In this document: positions 12,744-24,764 of the stretch, piece after piece
Numbering within the stretch: the stretch's first letter is position 1
Layout of the letters: each line of letters starts with the position of its first letter
Assembly: GCA_965235115.1 (NCBI GenBank)
Contig: OZ249436.1
Location: 41,790,001-41,854,000, forward strand
Direction of reading: 5' to 3'
DNA length: 64,000 bases
Source of the DNA: Laetmonice hystrix
Lineage: Eukaryota
Program-made: the position numbers and the translations under genes
The notes under the pieces: model-generated
Told to the model about the DNA's origin: nothing
Database searches by the model: none
The model's input: only the letters and a program-made list of their open reading frames with translations

Positions 12744-15700
12744 AAGTAATCGGGTCATAGTTTTCTTCGCACACGTAGAGTAGTCCTATATTGCCTTTAG
12801 AGTAATCGTGTCATAGTTTTGTTCGCAGACGTACAGTACTGGCCAATGGTCAGACACATTGCCGTTAGAGTAATCGTGTCATAGTTTTGTTCGTAGACGT
12901 ACAGTACTGGCCAATGGTCAGACACATTGCCGTTAGAGTAATCGTGTCATAGTTTTGTTCGTACACGTACAGGACTGGCCAATGGTCAGACACATTGCCG
13001 TTAGAGTAATCGTGTCATAGTTTTGTTCGTACACGTACAGTACTGGCCAATGGTCAGATACATTGCCGTTAGAGTAATCGTGTCATAGTTTTCTCCGCAC
13101 ACGTAGAGTAGTCCTATATTGCCGTTAGAGTAATCGTGTCATAGTTTTGTTCGTAGACGTACAGTACTGGCCAATGGTCAGACACATTGCCGTTAGAGTA
13201 ATCGTGTCATAGTTTTGTTCGTACACGTACAGTACTGGCCAATGGTCAGACACATTGCCGTTAGAGTAATCGTGTCATAGTTTTGTTCGTAGACGTACAG
13301 TACTGGCCAATGGTCAGATACATTGCCGTTAGAGTAATCGTGTCATAGTTTTGTTCGTACACGTACAGTACTGGCCAATGTTTATACACATTGCCGTTAG
13401 AGTAATCGTGTCATAGTTTTGTTCGTACACGTACAGTACTGGCCAATGTTCATACACATTGCCGTTAGAGTAATCGTGTCATAGTTTTGTTCGTACACGT
13501 ACAGTACTGGCCAATGGTCAGATACATTGCCGTTAGAGTAATCGTGTCATAGTTTTCTCCGCACACGTAGAGTAGTCCTATATTGCCGTTAGAGTAATCG
13601 TGTCATAGTTTTGTTCGTAGACGTACAGTACTGGCCAATGGTCAGACACATTGCCGTTAGAGTAATCGTGTCATAGTTTTGTTCGTACACGTACAGTACT
13701 GGCCAATGGTCAGACACATTGCCGTTAGAGTAATCGTGTCATAGTTTTGTTCGTAGACGTACAGTACTGGCCAATGGTCAGATACATTGCCGTTAGAGTA
13801 ATCGTGTCATAGTTTTGTTCGTACACGTACAGTACTGGCCAATGTTTATACACATTGCCGTTAGAGTAATCGTGTCATAGTTTTGTTCGTACACGTACAG
13901 TACTGGCCAATGTTCATACACATTGCCGTTAGAGTAATCGTGTCATAGTTTTGTTCGTACACGTACAGTACTGGCCAATGGTCAGACACATTGCCGTTAG
14001 AGTAATCGTGTCATAGTTTTGTTCGTAGACGTACAGTACTGGCCAATGGTCAGACACATTGCCGTTAGAGTAATCGTGTCATAGTTTTGTTCGTACACGT
14101 ACAGTACTGGCCAATGGTCAGACACATTGCCGTTAGAGTAATCGTGTCATAGTTTTGTTCGTAGACGTACAGTACTGGCCAATGGTCAGATACATTGCCG
14201 TTAGAGTAATCGTGTCATAGTTTTGTTCGTACACGTACAGTACTGGCCAATGTTCATACGCATTGCCGTTAGAGTAATCGTGTCATAGTTTTGTTCGTAC
14301 ACGTGCAGTACTGGCCAATGGTCAGATACATTGCCGTTAGAGTAATCGTGTCATAGTTTTGTTCGTAGACGTGCAGTACTGGCCAATGTTCATACACATT
14401 GCCATTAGAGTAATCGTGTCATAGTTTTGTTCGTACACGTACAGTACTGGCCAGTGTTCAGACACATTGCCGTTAGAGTAATTGTGTCATAGTTTTGTTC
14501 GTACACGTACAGTACTGGCCAATGTTCATACACATTGCCATTAGAGTAATCGTGTCATAGTTTTGTTCGTACACGTACAGTACTGGCCAATGGTCAGATA
14601 CATTGCCGTTAGAGTAATCGTGTCATAGTTTTCTCCGCACACGTAGAGTAGTCCTATATTGCCGTTAGAGTAATCGTGTCATAGTTTTGTTCGTAGACGT
14701 ACAGTACTGGCCAATGTTCAGACACATTGCCGTTAGAGTAATCGTGTCATAGTTTTGTTCGTAGACGTACAGTACTGGCCAATGGTCAGACACATTGCCG
14801 TTAGAGTAATCGTGTCATAGTTTTGTTCGTAGACGTACAGTACTGGCCAATGTTCAGACACATTGCCGTTAGAGTAATCGTGTCATAGTTTTGTTCGTAC
14901 ACGTACAGTACTGGCCAATGGTCAGACACATTGCCGTTAGAGTAATCGTGTCATAGTTTTGTTCGTAGACGTACAGTACTGGCCAATGGTCAGATACATT
15001 GCCGTTAGAGTAATCGTGTCATAGTTTTGTTCGTAGACGTACAGTACTGGCCAATGTTCATACACATTGCCGTTAGAGTAATCGTGTCATAGTTTTGTTC
15101 GTACACGTACAGTACTGGCTAATGGTCAGACACATTGCCGTTAGAGTAATCGTGTCATAGTTTTGTTCGTAGACGTACAGTACTGGCCAATGGTCAGACA
15201 CATTGCCGTTAGAGTAATCGTGTCATAGTTTTGTTCGTACACGTACAGTACTGGCCAATGGTCAGACACATTGCCGTTAGAGTAATCGTGTCATAGTTTT
15301 GTTCGTAGACGTACAGTACTGGCCAATGGTCAGATACATTGCCGTTAGAGTAATCGTGTCATAGTTTTGTTCGTACACGTACAGTACTGGCCAATGTTCA
15401 TACACATTGCCGTTAGAGTAATCGTGTCATAGTTTTGTTCGTACACGTACAGTACTGGCCAATGTTCATACACATTGCCGTTAGAGTAATCGTGTCATAG
15501 TTTTGTTCGTACACGTACAGTACTGGCCAATGTTCATACACATTGCCGTTAGAGTAATCGTGTCATAGTTTTGTTCGTACACGTACAGTACTGGCCAATG
15601 TTCATACACATTGCCGTTAGAGTAATCGTGTCATAGTTTTGTTCGTACACGTACAGTACTGGCCAATGTTCAGACACATTGCCGTTAGAGTAATCGTGTC

Positions 15701-17155
15701 ATAGTTTTGTTCGTACACGTACAGTACTGGCCAATGGTCAGACACATTGCCGTTAGAGTAATCGTGTCATAGTTTTGTTCGTAGACGTACAGTACTGGCC
15801 AATGGTCAGATACATTGCCGTTAGAGTAATCGTGTCATAGTTTTGTTCGTAGACGTACAGTACTGGCCAATGTTCATACACATTGCCGTTAGAGTAATCG
15901 TGTCATAGTTTTGTTCGTACACGTACAGTACTGGCTAATGGTCAGACACATTGCCGTTAGAGTAATCGTGTCATAGTTTTGTTCGTAGACGTACAGTACT
16001 GGCCAATGGTCAGACACATTGCCGTTAGAGTAATCGTGTCATAGTTTTGTTCGTACACGTACAGTACTGGCCAATGGTCAGACACATTGCCGTTAGAGTA
16101 ATCGTGTCATAGTTTTGTTCGTAGACGTACAGTACTGGCCAATGGTCAGATACATTGCCGTTAGAGTAATCGTGTCATAGTTTTGTTCGTACACGTACAG
16201 TACTGGCCAATGTTCATACACATTGCCGTTAGAGTAATCGTGTCATAGTTTTGTTCGTACACGTACAGTACTGGCCAATGTTCATACACATTGCCGTTAG
16301 AGTAATCGTGTCATAGTTTTGTTCGTACACGTACAGTACTGGCCAATGTTCATACACATTGCCGTTAGAGTAATCGTGTCATAGTTTTGTTCGTACACGT
16401 ACAGTACTGGCCAATGTTCATACACATTGCCGTTAGAGTAATCGTGTCATAGTTTTGTTCGTACACGTACAGTACTGGCCAATGTTCAGACACATTGCCG
16501 TTAGAGTAATCGTGTCATAGTTTTGTTCGTACACGTACAGTACTGGCTAATGTTCATACGCATTGCCGTTAGAGTAATCGTGTCATAGTTTTGTTCGTAC
16601 ACGTACAGTACTGGCCAATGGTCAGATACATTGCCGTTAGAGTAATCGTGTCATAGTATTGTTCGTACACGTACAGTACTGGCCAATGTTCATACACATT
16701 GCCATTAGAGTAATCGTGTCATAGTTTTGTTCGTACACGTACAGTACTGGCCAATGGTCAGATACATTGCCGTTAGAGTAATCGTGTCATAGTTTTCTCC
16801 GCACACGTAGAGTAGTCCTATATTGCCGTTAGAGTAATCGTGTCATAGTTTTGTTCGTAGACGTACAGTACTGGCCAATGTTCAGACACATTGCCGTTAG
16901 AGTAATCGTGTCATAGTTTTGTTCGTAGACGTACAGTACTGGCCAATGGTCAGACACATTGCCGTTAGAGTAATCGTGTCATAGTTTTGTTCGTAGACGT
17001 ACAGTACTGGCCAATGTTCAGACACATTGCCGTTAGAGTAATCGTGTCATAGTTTTGTTCGTACACGTACAGTACTGGCCAATGTTCATACACATTGCCA
17101 TTAGAGTAATCGTGTCATAGTTTTGTTCGTAGACGTGTAGTCTAGTGTCCAATGT
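12744..17155. repeat. 68-bp minisatellite (~65 units) with interspersed 56-bp variant units
   Basis: Unit attgccgttagagtaatcgtgtcatagttttgttcgtacacgtacagtactggccaatggtcagacac, period 68 (12858 to 12926). The 56-bp variants are marked by ttctccgcac at 13091, 13555, 14631 and 16795. Confidence 0.98.
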
Positions 17156-17812
17156 CAACTCACATCTCTTTCATTGTCCGGAACGGTGGCTCCAGGAAGG
17201 TAATCGATACACGTTCATGTGTTCCAACAAGGTGTGTACCCTACCCCTATACACTAAAACGTATAACACCACTCCCCGTGGCTCTCAAGCCAACATACAC
17301 ACAATAAGTAGATGATCTCCACTTGGCTCCATAGAACAGTCCACCATTGAACGGCTGTTATTCACTATGTTAACAGACAACACTACATTATAAGCAGTTC
17401 CGAAGACGATACAACAGTCAATGTCCTGAACTCAGTCTGAACCAGTGTCCAGTTGTCTACCTGCCGGAAGCACGCAACTGCCTGAGGCCATCCTCGAAAT
17501 AGGCAGATTTAATATTTATAACTTTACACAACTTTTGCCTCTCAGAAAGCTAAAGGTCTTTGCTCGTTCAGATAACCTTCAACTGAACGCAGGAGTCCTA
17601 ACCGAGACGTAATTAAAGTTATAAATGATTGGAAACGTCTGTATGAAACGGGACACTTATATTTATTATATAGATCTCCTAGAGAACAGCCTATATATTT
17701 AATCGATTTGTTATGAGGCGTATTTTATTAAATGTAAATGATTAAAAATAACGCTTACGTTGTCCGGGGTCAATGAACCGATCAGCGCGCCCGTTTCAAA
17801 ACGCCGCTAGAT

Positions 17813-18520
17813 TTGAAAATGGCGGATCGCACAGCGACTTCTAATCAAGAGATTTCTGTGATACGAAAACATGTCGATGGGCCCAGAAATCCGTTCGTAA
17901 AGGTCTCTGGAATTGCAGCGTACCATGATATGTCGATATGTTTGATGGATACATTCAAAGAGAGAGAGCCCACGGGCACAACGTTCCATCCCTAGTACAT
18001 GACTGGCATGGCTGACGGTAAGATGGACGGCGTTTGCGTAAGTGTCGCATTAGCAAATGGATGGACCAACTACGCCTTAGCTCTCTTCTTGAATGAGCAA
18101 AGGCGACTGCTAATAATTTTTGTGTAAAGAAATATCCAAAGTAGGCGCAAGCAAGGAAAAAATATAACAGGTATGACCACACCTAGGGCCACCAGAGCGA
18201 AAATAGGGGGGCATTTCTTTCAAGGTAGAGGGCCGATTCTTGTCACAGCCATTCGCTCCCCAGTGTGTCGCTGTATGAATTCCTGCCGCGAAATGGGACG
18301 GACTTAACGTGACAAGTTATCTGAGAGTCCAATTTTCCAGACAGGCGGGGAGACATGATGAATTTGTAAACGAGCAAGTGGTCTGAGCACCTCGCCTACA
18401 GTTTCAGGCGGGTTCTCAATGTATATCAGAGACTTTCATTTCCAGGATCCCATGGTCCCAGGTGGAGGAATAGAACGTCGATGTCTTATCAAGGTGATAT
18501 ACTACGTGCAGAAGCAGCAG
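17813..18520 (+). pseudogene. Possible decayed HIRAN-like domain coding remnant
   Basis: Frame-broken fragments VKVSGIAAYH...KEREP, NITGMTT.RATRAKIG, QPFAPQCVAV*IP, LAYSFRRVL and PGGGIERRC loosely follow the HIRAN pattern (V.G..Y, REP.NP.D..AV.V, G.G.E.PC). Recognised by eye only. Confidence 0.25.
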
Positions 18521-19128
18521 ATGTATCGTGGACATTTCGTATCGTCATTTTCACTGTATCATGTACCCGTTGTAACACAGCGTAGTTCTGATAACAAAGT
18601 TTTGATGTAAAAACGCAACAAATTGGTTCCATTCACAATTGGCATTGTATTTTCATTCACATACATCCAGATAGTAGGTCGAATACAATGTGACATTATG
18701 GTCGTTACTATTATTGGACTACAGGGTATCCTAAATAAAAATAGAATCCTTTTTATCTGGGCATTTTTTTACCAACAGTTCCATTGTATACCCGATATTA
18801 TGGTATATGGTGACTTCATTTCACTCTAAATCTTCATGTTGAGCTAACTCCTCAGGTTCATCATGTTTACAAGCCTATTCAACCACTCACTCCAACCATT
18901 GTAACGTCTCGATCAGTCGAAATCACAAATCAACGCACAAATCAACGCACTCCGGCCGGTCAGAATCTCGGAGACGGCGTACCCCCCCCCCCCCTCTTTC
19001 TCTCCTCCCGTCTCTCACTGAGCCCCAGGGCAATGTGTCGGTGATTCTGCGATCAGAATAAACTGCAACCAACCTTCCTTTTCAGGCATTGGCGACAATG
19101 AGATCTGTCATAGACTTGCCATCGTGGG

Positions 19129-21330
19129 CATCTCACTGCCCGGACCTGTCCCAATGCCTTGTACGTTTACCATCTCACTCCCCGGACCTGTCCCAATGCC
19201 TTGTACGTTTACCATCTCACTGCCCGGACCTGTCCCAATGCCTTGTACGTTTACCATCTCACTGCCCGGACCTGTCCCAATGCCTTGTACGTTTACCATC
19301 TCACTGCCCGGACCTGTCCCAATGCCTTGTACGTTTACCATCTCACTGCCCGGACCTGTCCCAATGCCTTGTACGTTTACCATCTCACTGCCCGGACCTG
19401 TCCCAATGCCTTGTACGTTTACCATCTCACTGCCCGGACCTGTCCCAATGCCTTGTACGTTTACCATCTCACTGGCCGGACCTGTCCCAATGCCTTGTAC
19501 GTTTACCATCTCACTGCCCGGACCTGTCCCAATGTCGTGTACGTTTACCATCTCACTGGCCGGACCTGTCCCAATGCCTTGTACGTTTACCATCTCACTG
19601 CCCGGACCTGTCCCAATGCCTTGTACCATCTCACTGCCCGGACCTGTCCCAATGCCTTGTACGTTTACCATCTCACTGCCCTGACCTGTCCCAATGCCTT
19701 GTACGTTTACCATCTCACTCCCCGGACCTGTCCCAATGCCTTGTACGTTTACCATCTCACTGCCCGGACCTGTCCCAATGCCTTGTACGTTTACCATCTC
19801 ACTGCCCGGACCTGTCCCAATGCCTTGTACGTTTACCATCTCACTGCCCGGACCTGTCCCAATGCCTTGTACGTTTACCATCTCACTGCCCGGACCTGTC
19901 CCAATGCCTTGTACGTTTACCATCTCACTGCCCGGACCTGTCCCAATGCCTTGTACGTTTACCATCTCACTGCCCGGACCTGTCCCAATGCCTTGTACGT
20001 TTACCATCTCACTGGCCGGACCTGTCCCAATGCCTTGTACGTTTACCATCTCACTGCCCGGACCTGTCCCAATGTCGTGTACGTTTACCATCTCACTGGC
20101 CGGACCTGTCCCAATGCCTTGTACGTTTACCATCTCACTGCCCGGACCTGTCCCAATGCCTTGTACCATCTCACTGGCCGGACCTGTCCCAATGCCTTGT
20201 ACGTTTACCATCTCACTGCCCGGACCTGTCCCAATGTCGTGTACGTTTACCATCTCACTGGCCGGACCTGTCCCAATGCCTTGTACGTTTACCATCTCAC
20301 TGCCCGGACCTGTCCCAATGCCTTGTACCATCTCACTGCCCGGACCTGTCCCAATGCCTTGTACGTTTACCATCTCACTGCCCTGACCTGTCCCAATGCC
20401 TTGTACGTTTACCATCTCACTGCCCTGACCTGTCCCAATGCCTTGTACGTTTACCATCTCACTGCCCGGACCTGTCCCAATGCCTTGTACCATCTCACTG
20501 CCCGGACCTGTCCCAATGCCTTGTACGTTTACCATCTCACTGCCCTGACCTGTCCCAATGCCTTGTACGTTTACCATCTCACTGCCCTGACCTGTCCCAA
20601 TGCCTTGTACGTTTACCATCTCACTGCCCTGACCTGTCCCAATGCCTTGTACGTTTACCATCTCACTGCCCGGGCCTGTCCCAATGTCGTGTACGTTTAC
20701 CATCTCACTGCCCTGACCTGTCCCAATGCCTTGTACGTTTACCATCTCACTGCCCTGACCTGTCCCAATGCCTTGTACGTTTACCATCTCACTGCCCGGA
20801 CCTGTCCCAATGCCTTGTACGTTTACCATCTCACTGCCCGGGCCTGTCCCAATGTCGTGTACGTTTACCATCTCACTGCCCGGACCTGTCCCAATGCCTT
20901 GTACGTTTACCATCTCACTGCCCGGACCTGTCCCAATGCCTTGTACGTTTACCATCTCACTCCCCGGACCTGTCCCAATGCCTTGTACGTTTACCATCTC
21001 ACTGCCCGGACCTGTCCCAATGCCTTGTACGTTTACCATCTCACTCCCCGGACCTGTCCCAATGCCTTGTACGTTTACCATCTCACTCCCCGGACCTGTC
21101 CCAATGCCTTGTACGTTTACCATCTCACTGCCCTGACCTGTCCCAATGCCTTGTACGTTTACCATCTCACTGCCCGGACCTGTCCCAATGCCTTGTACGT
21201 TTACCATCTCACTGCCCGGACCTGTCCCAATGCCTTGTACGTTTACCATCTCACTCCCCGGACCTGTCCCAATGCCTTGTACGTTTACCATCTCACTGCC
21301 CGGACCTGTCCCAATGCCTTGTACGTTTAC
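19129..21330. repeat. 42-bp minisatellite (~53 units) with 36-bp variants; stop-free in several frames
   Basis: Unit catctcactgcccggacctgtcccaatgccttgtacgtttac; the variants lack gtttac. It produces the 750, 755 and 789-aa repeat ORFs. A 540-bp higher-order duplication is visible (19177 vs 19717). Confidence 0.98.
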
Positions 21331-24300
21331 CTTGGAGATAATATCAAACACGATGACGTGTATGAAGTCCGCCAACCATCGCCATGGGGGATGGCCGGTT
21401 TTGTTTTTCTTTGTGTCTTCTTATTTTCTAATTTATTATATTTTTATTGTCTTGTTTTTGAATTCGAAATAGTCTTGTTGTATAATCAATCAAGATCAGT
21501 ACTGAGGCGGAGATTGTGCAGGAATTGACACCGCTCCGCCCCAGTCGCCTTCAGTCAGGCCAACCATGATGAATGACAATAATGTCACAACACGGCACTG
21601 GTCTCCAATAAGGTCCAACCAATGTCTGTGTCGGTCCCAATCCGGCACTGAATCCATCATCCTCTCTCTCTCTCCAACCATCCGTCTGTGTCGTCAAGAG
21701 AGGACGATTACACATCAGCAGGCTCCTTGATCACTCTTAAACATTATTGTAGAATCGTGGATAAAAGAGTAACCGTAGATTCTGATCGTCCGCTGAGGTA
21801 TATAGCGTCTGACGAAGGTATCTCTATCGAAATCTGACTTTGGCCTATTCATGTTCTGACTGTGTAAAGTGTCCCTGAGGTCAATCTACGTCGTTGAAGG
21901 ATATCGTGCTAAGCTATTCCTATGCACATATGCTATTCCTATGCACATATATGCCATTCCTATGCATATAAGCCATTCCTATGCACATAAGCCATTCCTA
22001 TGAACTTGGATCTCATGCTGATTTTGACATGTTTCCTCCTTTTTTGGAGTTCAGAAATCTAATACTCAGTGCATCGGAATCCACGATCGACAGGCGACGT
22101 AATTATGGAGTCTGAAAATCGCAATGCCTGAATGGTATTGATAGTCTGGGTGTGAGTGTGTGGGAGTGGGGCTGCATGGGACAGTCGCGATGAAGATTGT
22201 GCAGAGAGACATGTGGAGTGATGAAGGATGGCCGACATCCTACCACATTTTCCTTTTAGGATCGAGAATATGTACTAGGCCTAGCTATACTGCCGGGAAG
22301 GTCTCACTCTATCTCTCTTTCTCTCCACCCTCTCTGTCTGTCTCTCCTCAATCAGTTCAAGCGACAACTTGATATGAGAAACAGTTGAAGAGTACGTCCT
22401 TGATCAAGTATATTGCCCCTCATCTTTTAATTGTCTGGGCACAAAGATCGATAGTGCCTGCTGGTGTCGTATGCATGCCCCTGACTAATACCGGTCGATG
22501 TTGTAATGTGTGCCCCTGATTTCAAGAGACTTTGAGGCCTATTTCTATGATGGATAGGTGGATGTATTATTGTGGCTTTATAATAAAGCGGAAATATTTG
22601 CATATATCATACTCATACATGTACATTTGAGAAACGGAGGATATTTGCTGTGACAAATGGCATTGCCACTGCTGGAATGTAAAACAAAGAAGTCAAAAGT
22701 TTGGACACAACGCCCATACTTCTGGATTTTTGCCGTAAATCTGAGAACATTTAGTATTCTGAATTCACTTAGCAACTGTATAGAATCAGTGCCAACTGTT
22801 GATGAAGACAAGACATTTACCGATTAAAAATGACTTAGATGGACTAAACTTCAGCATCTTCTACTAAACAGGGCCTTCTTATGAGAACGTATGTGTACAA
22901 TGATCAAGAGAATAGCGTCGGTTCAGTTGCTCCATGGACGTTTTCTATTCGGGGGAAGATGGGTTATGAGTATACTATTATTCTTTAGGTCTATATTCAT
23001 GTGCGACATTTAAAGTCTGTGTACCTTTGTGAAACGAAAGGAAAAGTTTTTAACAATGTATCTGTGCGCTGCCACGTGGCCATATTGAAATGCGCCTACA
23101 AATTGGCCGTTCGTCCATCCATCCACTCCAGCTCGGCTCCAGATTCCCCGTCCTCGATGTCCGGCGCCACGCCACTTTATTCTCGCCAATAGCATGCGGT
23201 CTCTGTCCACGCCGCCTATTCGTCCTCTCTCACGGTTTTTTATTACCTAATTTCTTCTATTCTATTACGCACTTAAGTATCATTTTACGCGTAAATGGAG
23301 ATAAACTGCTTGACATCCAAGGGCCAACAACGTTAGTAATCTAGAACCGAAAAAAAAGAATGTTTCCTACTTTATGGTTTCCGAGAATGTATCTTATAAT
23401 GCATTGGCTGGGTTGGTCTGTATGGAAACCTTAGATACATAAAGCTCTATATCCATTTAGTCAATATGACACAGTACACATTTCCCCCTCTCATCCTCAT
23501 TTCATTACAGCATAAACAGATTAGATACTTGGAATATGGTTAGATACTTGGAATGGTTAGATATTTTGTATCTTCATACATCTATCTATTCTATGTTATT
23601 GCCCAAAACTATATATTGTCCCTATCCCCCCTTCCCCCATTTGTCCATGGATTGAACATTACAATTGTTCCCTTTTCAAAAACAGTCAGGTTACCTACAT
23701 CTAGTACTGTTTCAACGGATGCCTGTTGCTATAGTACTATATCTTTACTGTATTATCCAGCAGATAAACTACCCCTGGCAGGCCACACCTCTCCATGCAC
23801 CATTAGTGTTTAGGATTAGATTACAAACGAGATATAATATCTCCCTTTTACCTGACAAACTAAATCGGTCTTGGTAGCACAGTGCCACATATCAATATCC
23901 CCAAAATCGGGAGAATCCATAGCACTAATTTAAATACGTCATTGGTGCCTCAATTTACATGGACCCAACTGCATCGACTTTTCCAGAGATAGCCTATCCT
24001 GTCCTTTCTGCACAGAATTTTATCATATTACAACAATCTACCTCAATATGTCTCGATTTACTTCTAACAATAGCAAAACTTGAGGAGCAAACGTGCCATT
24101 CTATGCTTGTATGGTGGAAAATACAATCGGAGTTTACCCCGGTTTGTTGACATTCCCCACTCAAGAGCACCCGTCCAACTAAACACCAAAATTGACCGAA
24201 ACGGACTGAAACTGACCAAAACCGACAGACACTGACCGACTTCACTGCCATATGGAGGTCAGTGTCGGTATATGCCAAGGTCGGTTTCGGTAAATTCGCC

Positions 24301-24356
24301 CGGTTTCTGTGTTTTGGCGCACCCCGCAGCACTACTGCCCAAACCGAAACCATGCA

Positions 24357-24630
24357 CAAGGTCTAGGTGCCATCTAGACCAGCTTCCTGCTTTCAGGGTC
24401 ATTTTTCACGATGACCTTGAAAGGTCAACGTCAAGGTCATGGTGTGATTGAACTCCTTTGAGTGGGCGACAGGCACCTGCACCTTAAAATCGATGATCCA
24501 TGAGGTCTAGGTGCCATCTGGACCAGCTTCCGGTTTTCAGGGTCAGTTTTCACGATGACCTTGAAAGGCCAAAGGTCAAGGTCATGGTGTGATTGAACTC
24601 TTTTGACATTCGGGATTCCCTCGGCCATAT
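24357..24630. repeat. Interspersed repeat with two ~145-bp direct repeats rich in AAGGTCAAGGTCA; related fragment at ~27525-27600
   Basis: aggtctaggtgccatct..gaccagcttcc..tttcacgatgaccttgaaagg..gtcaaggtcatggtgtgattgaactc occurs twice. tttgagtgggcg..acctgcaccttaaaatcg is shared with 27553. Confidence 0.65.
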
Positions 24631-24764
24631 CTTCGAAAATAGCCTCGGGTGAAATAGGCGCCATTTTGAGCATTGCATCGCGGGTACATTTAGCCGGGAC
24701 TCTCGACAGCATGGCAGTGCTTGCAGTATTTTGTCTTCATCAGGCCTGGAACCAACTTAAACAG

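Noticed and set aside
19089..21528. 750-789-aa ORFs as bona fide protein genes
   Set aside because: Several frames are open only because the 42-bp unit lacks stops. No domain or convincing start, so not called as CDS (kept as a finding to test).
21496..21681. Peptide RHWLDLIGDQC resembling an RTE-LINE C-terminus
   Set aside because: Too short and degenerate, with no adjacent RT motifs.
21805..21845. Hammerhead-like core CTGACGA-stem-GAAA
   Set aside because: No convincing stem III, cleavage triplet or stem I pairing.
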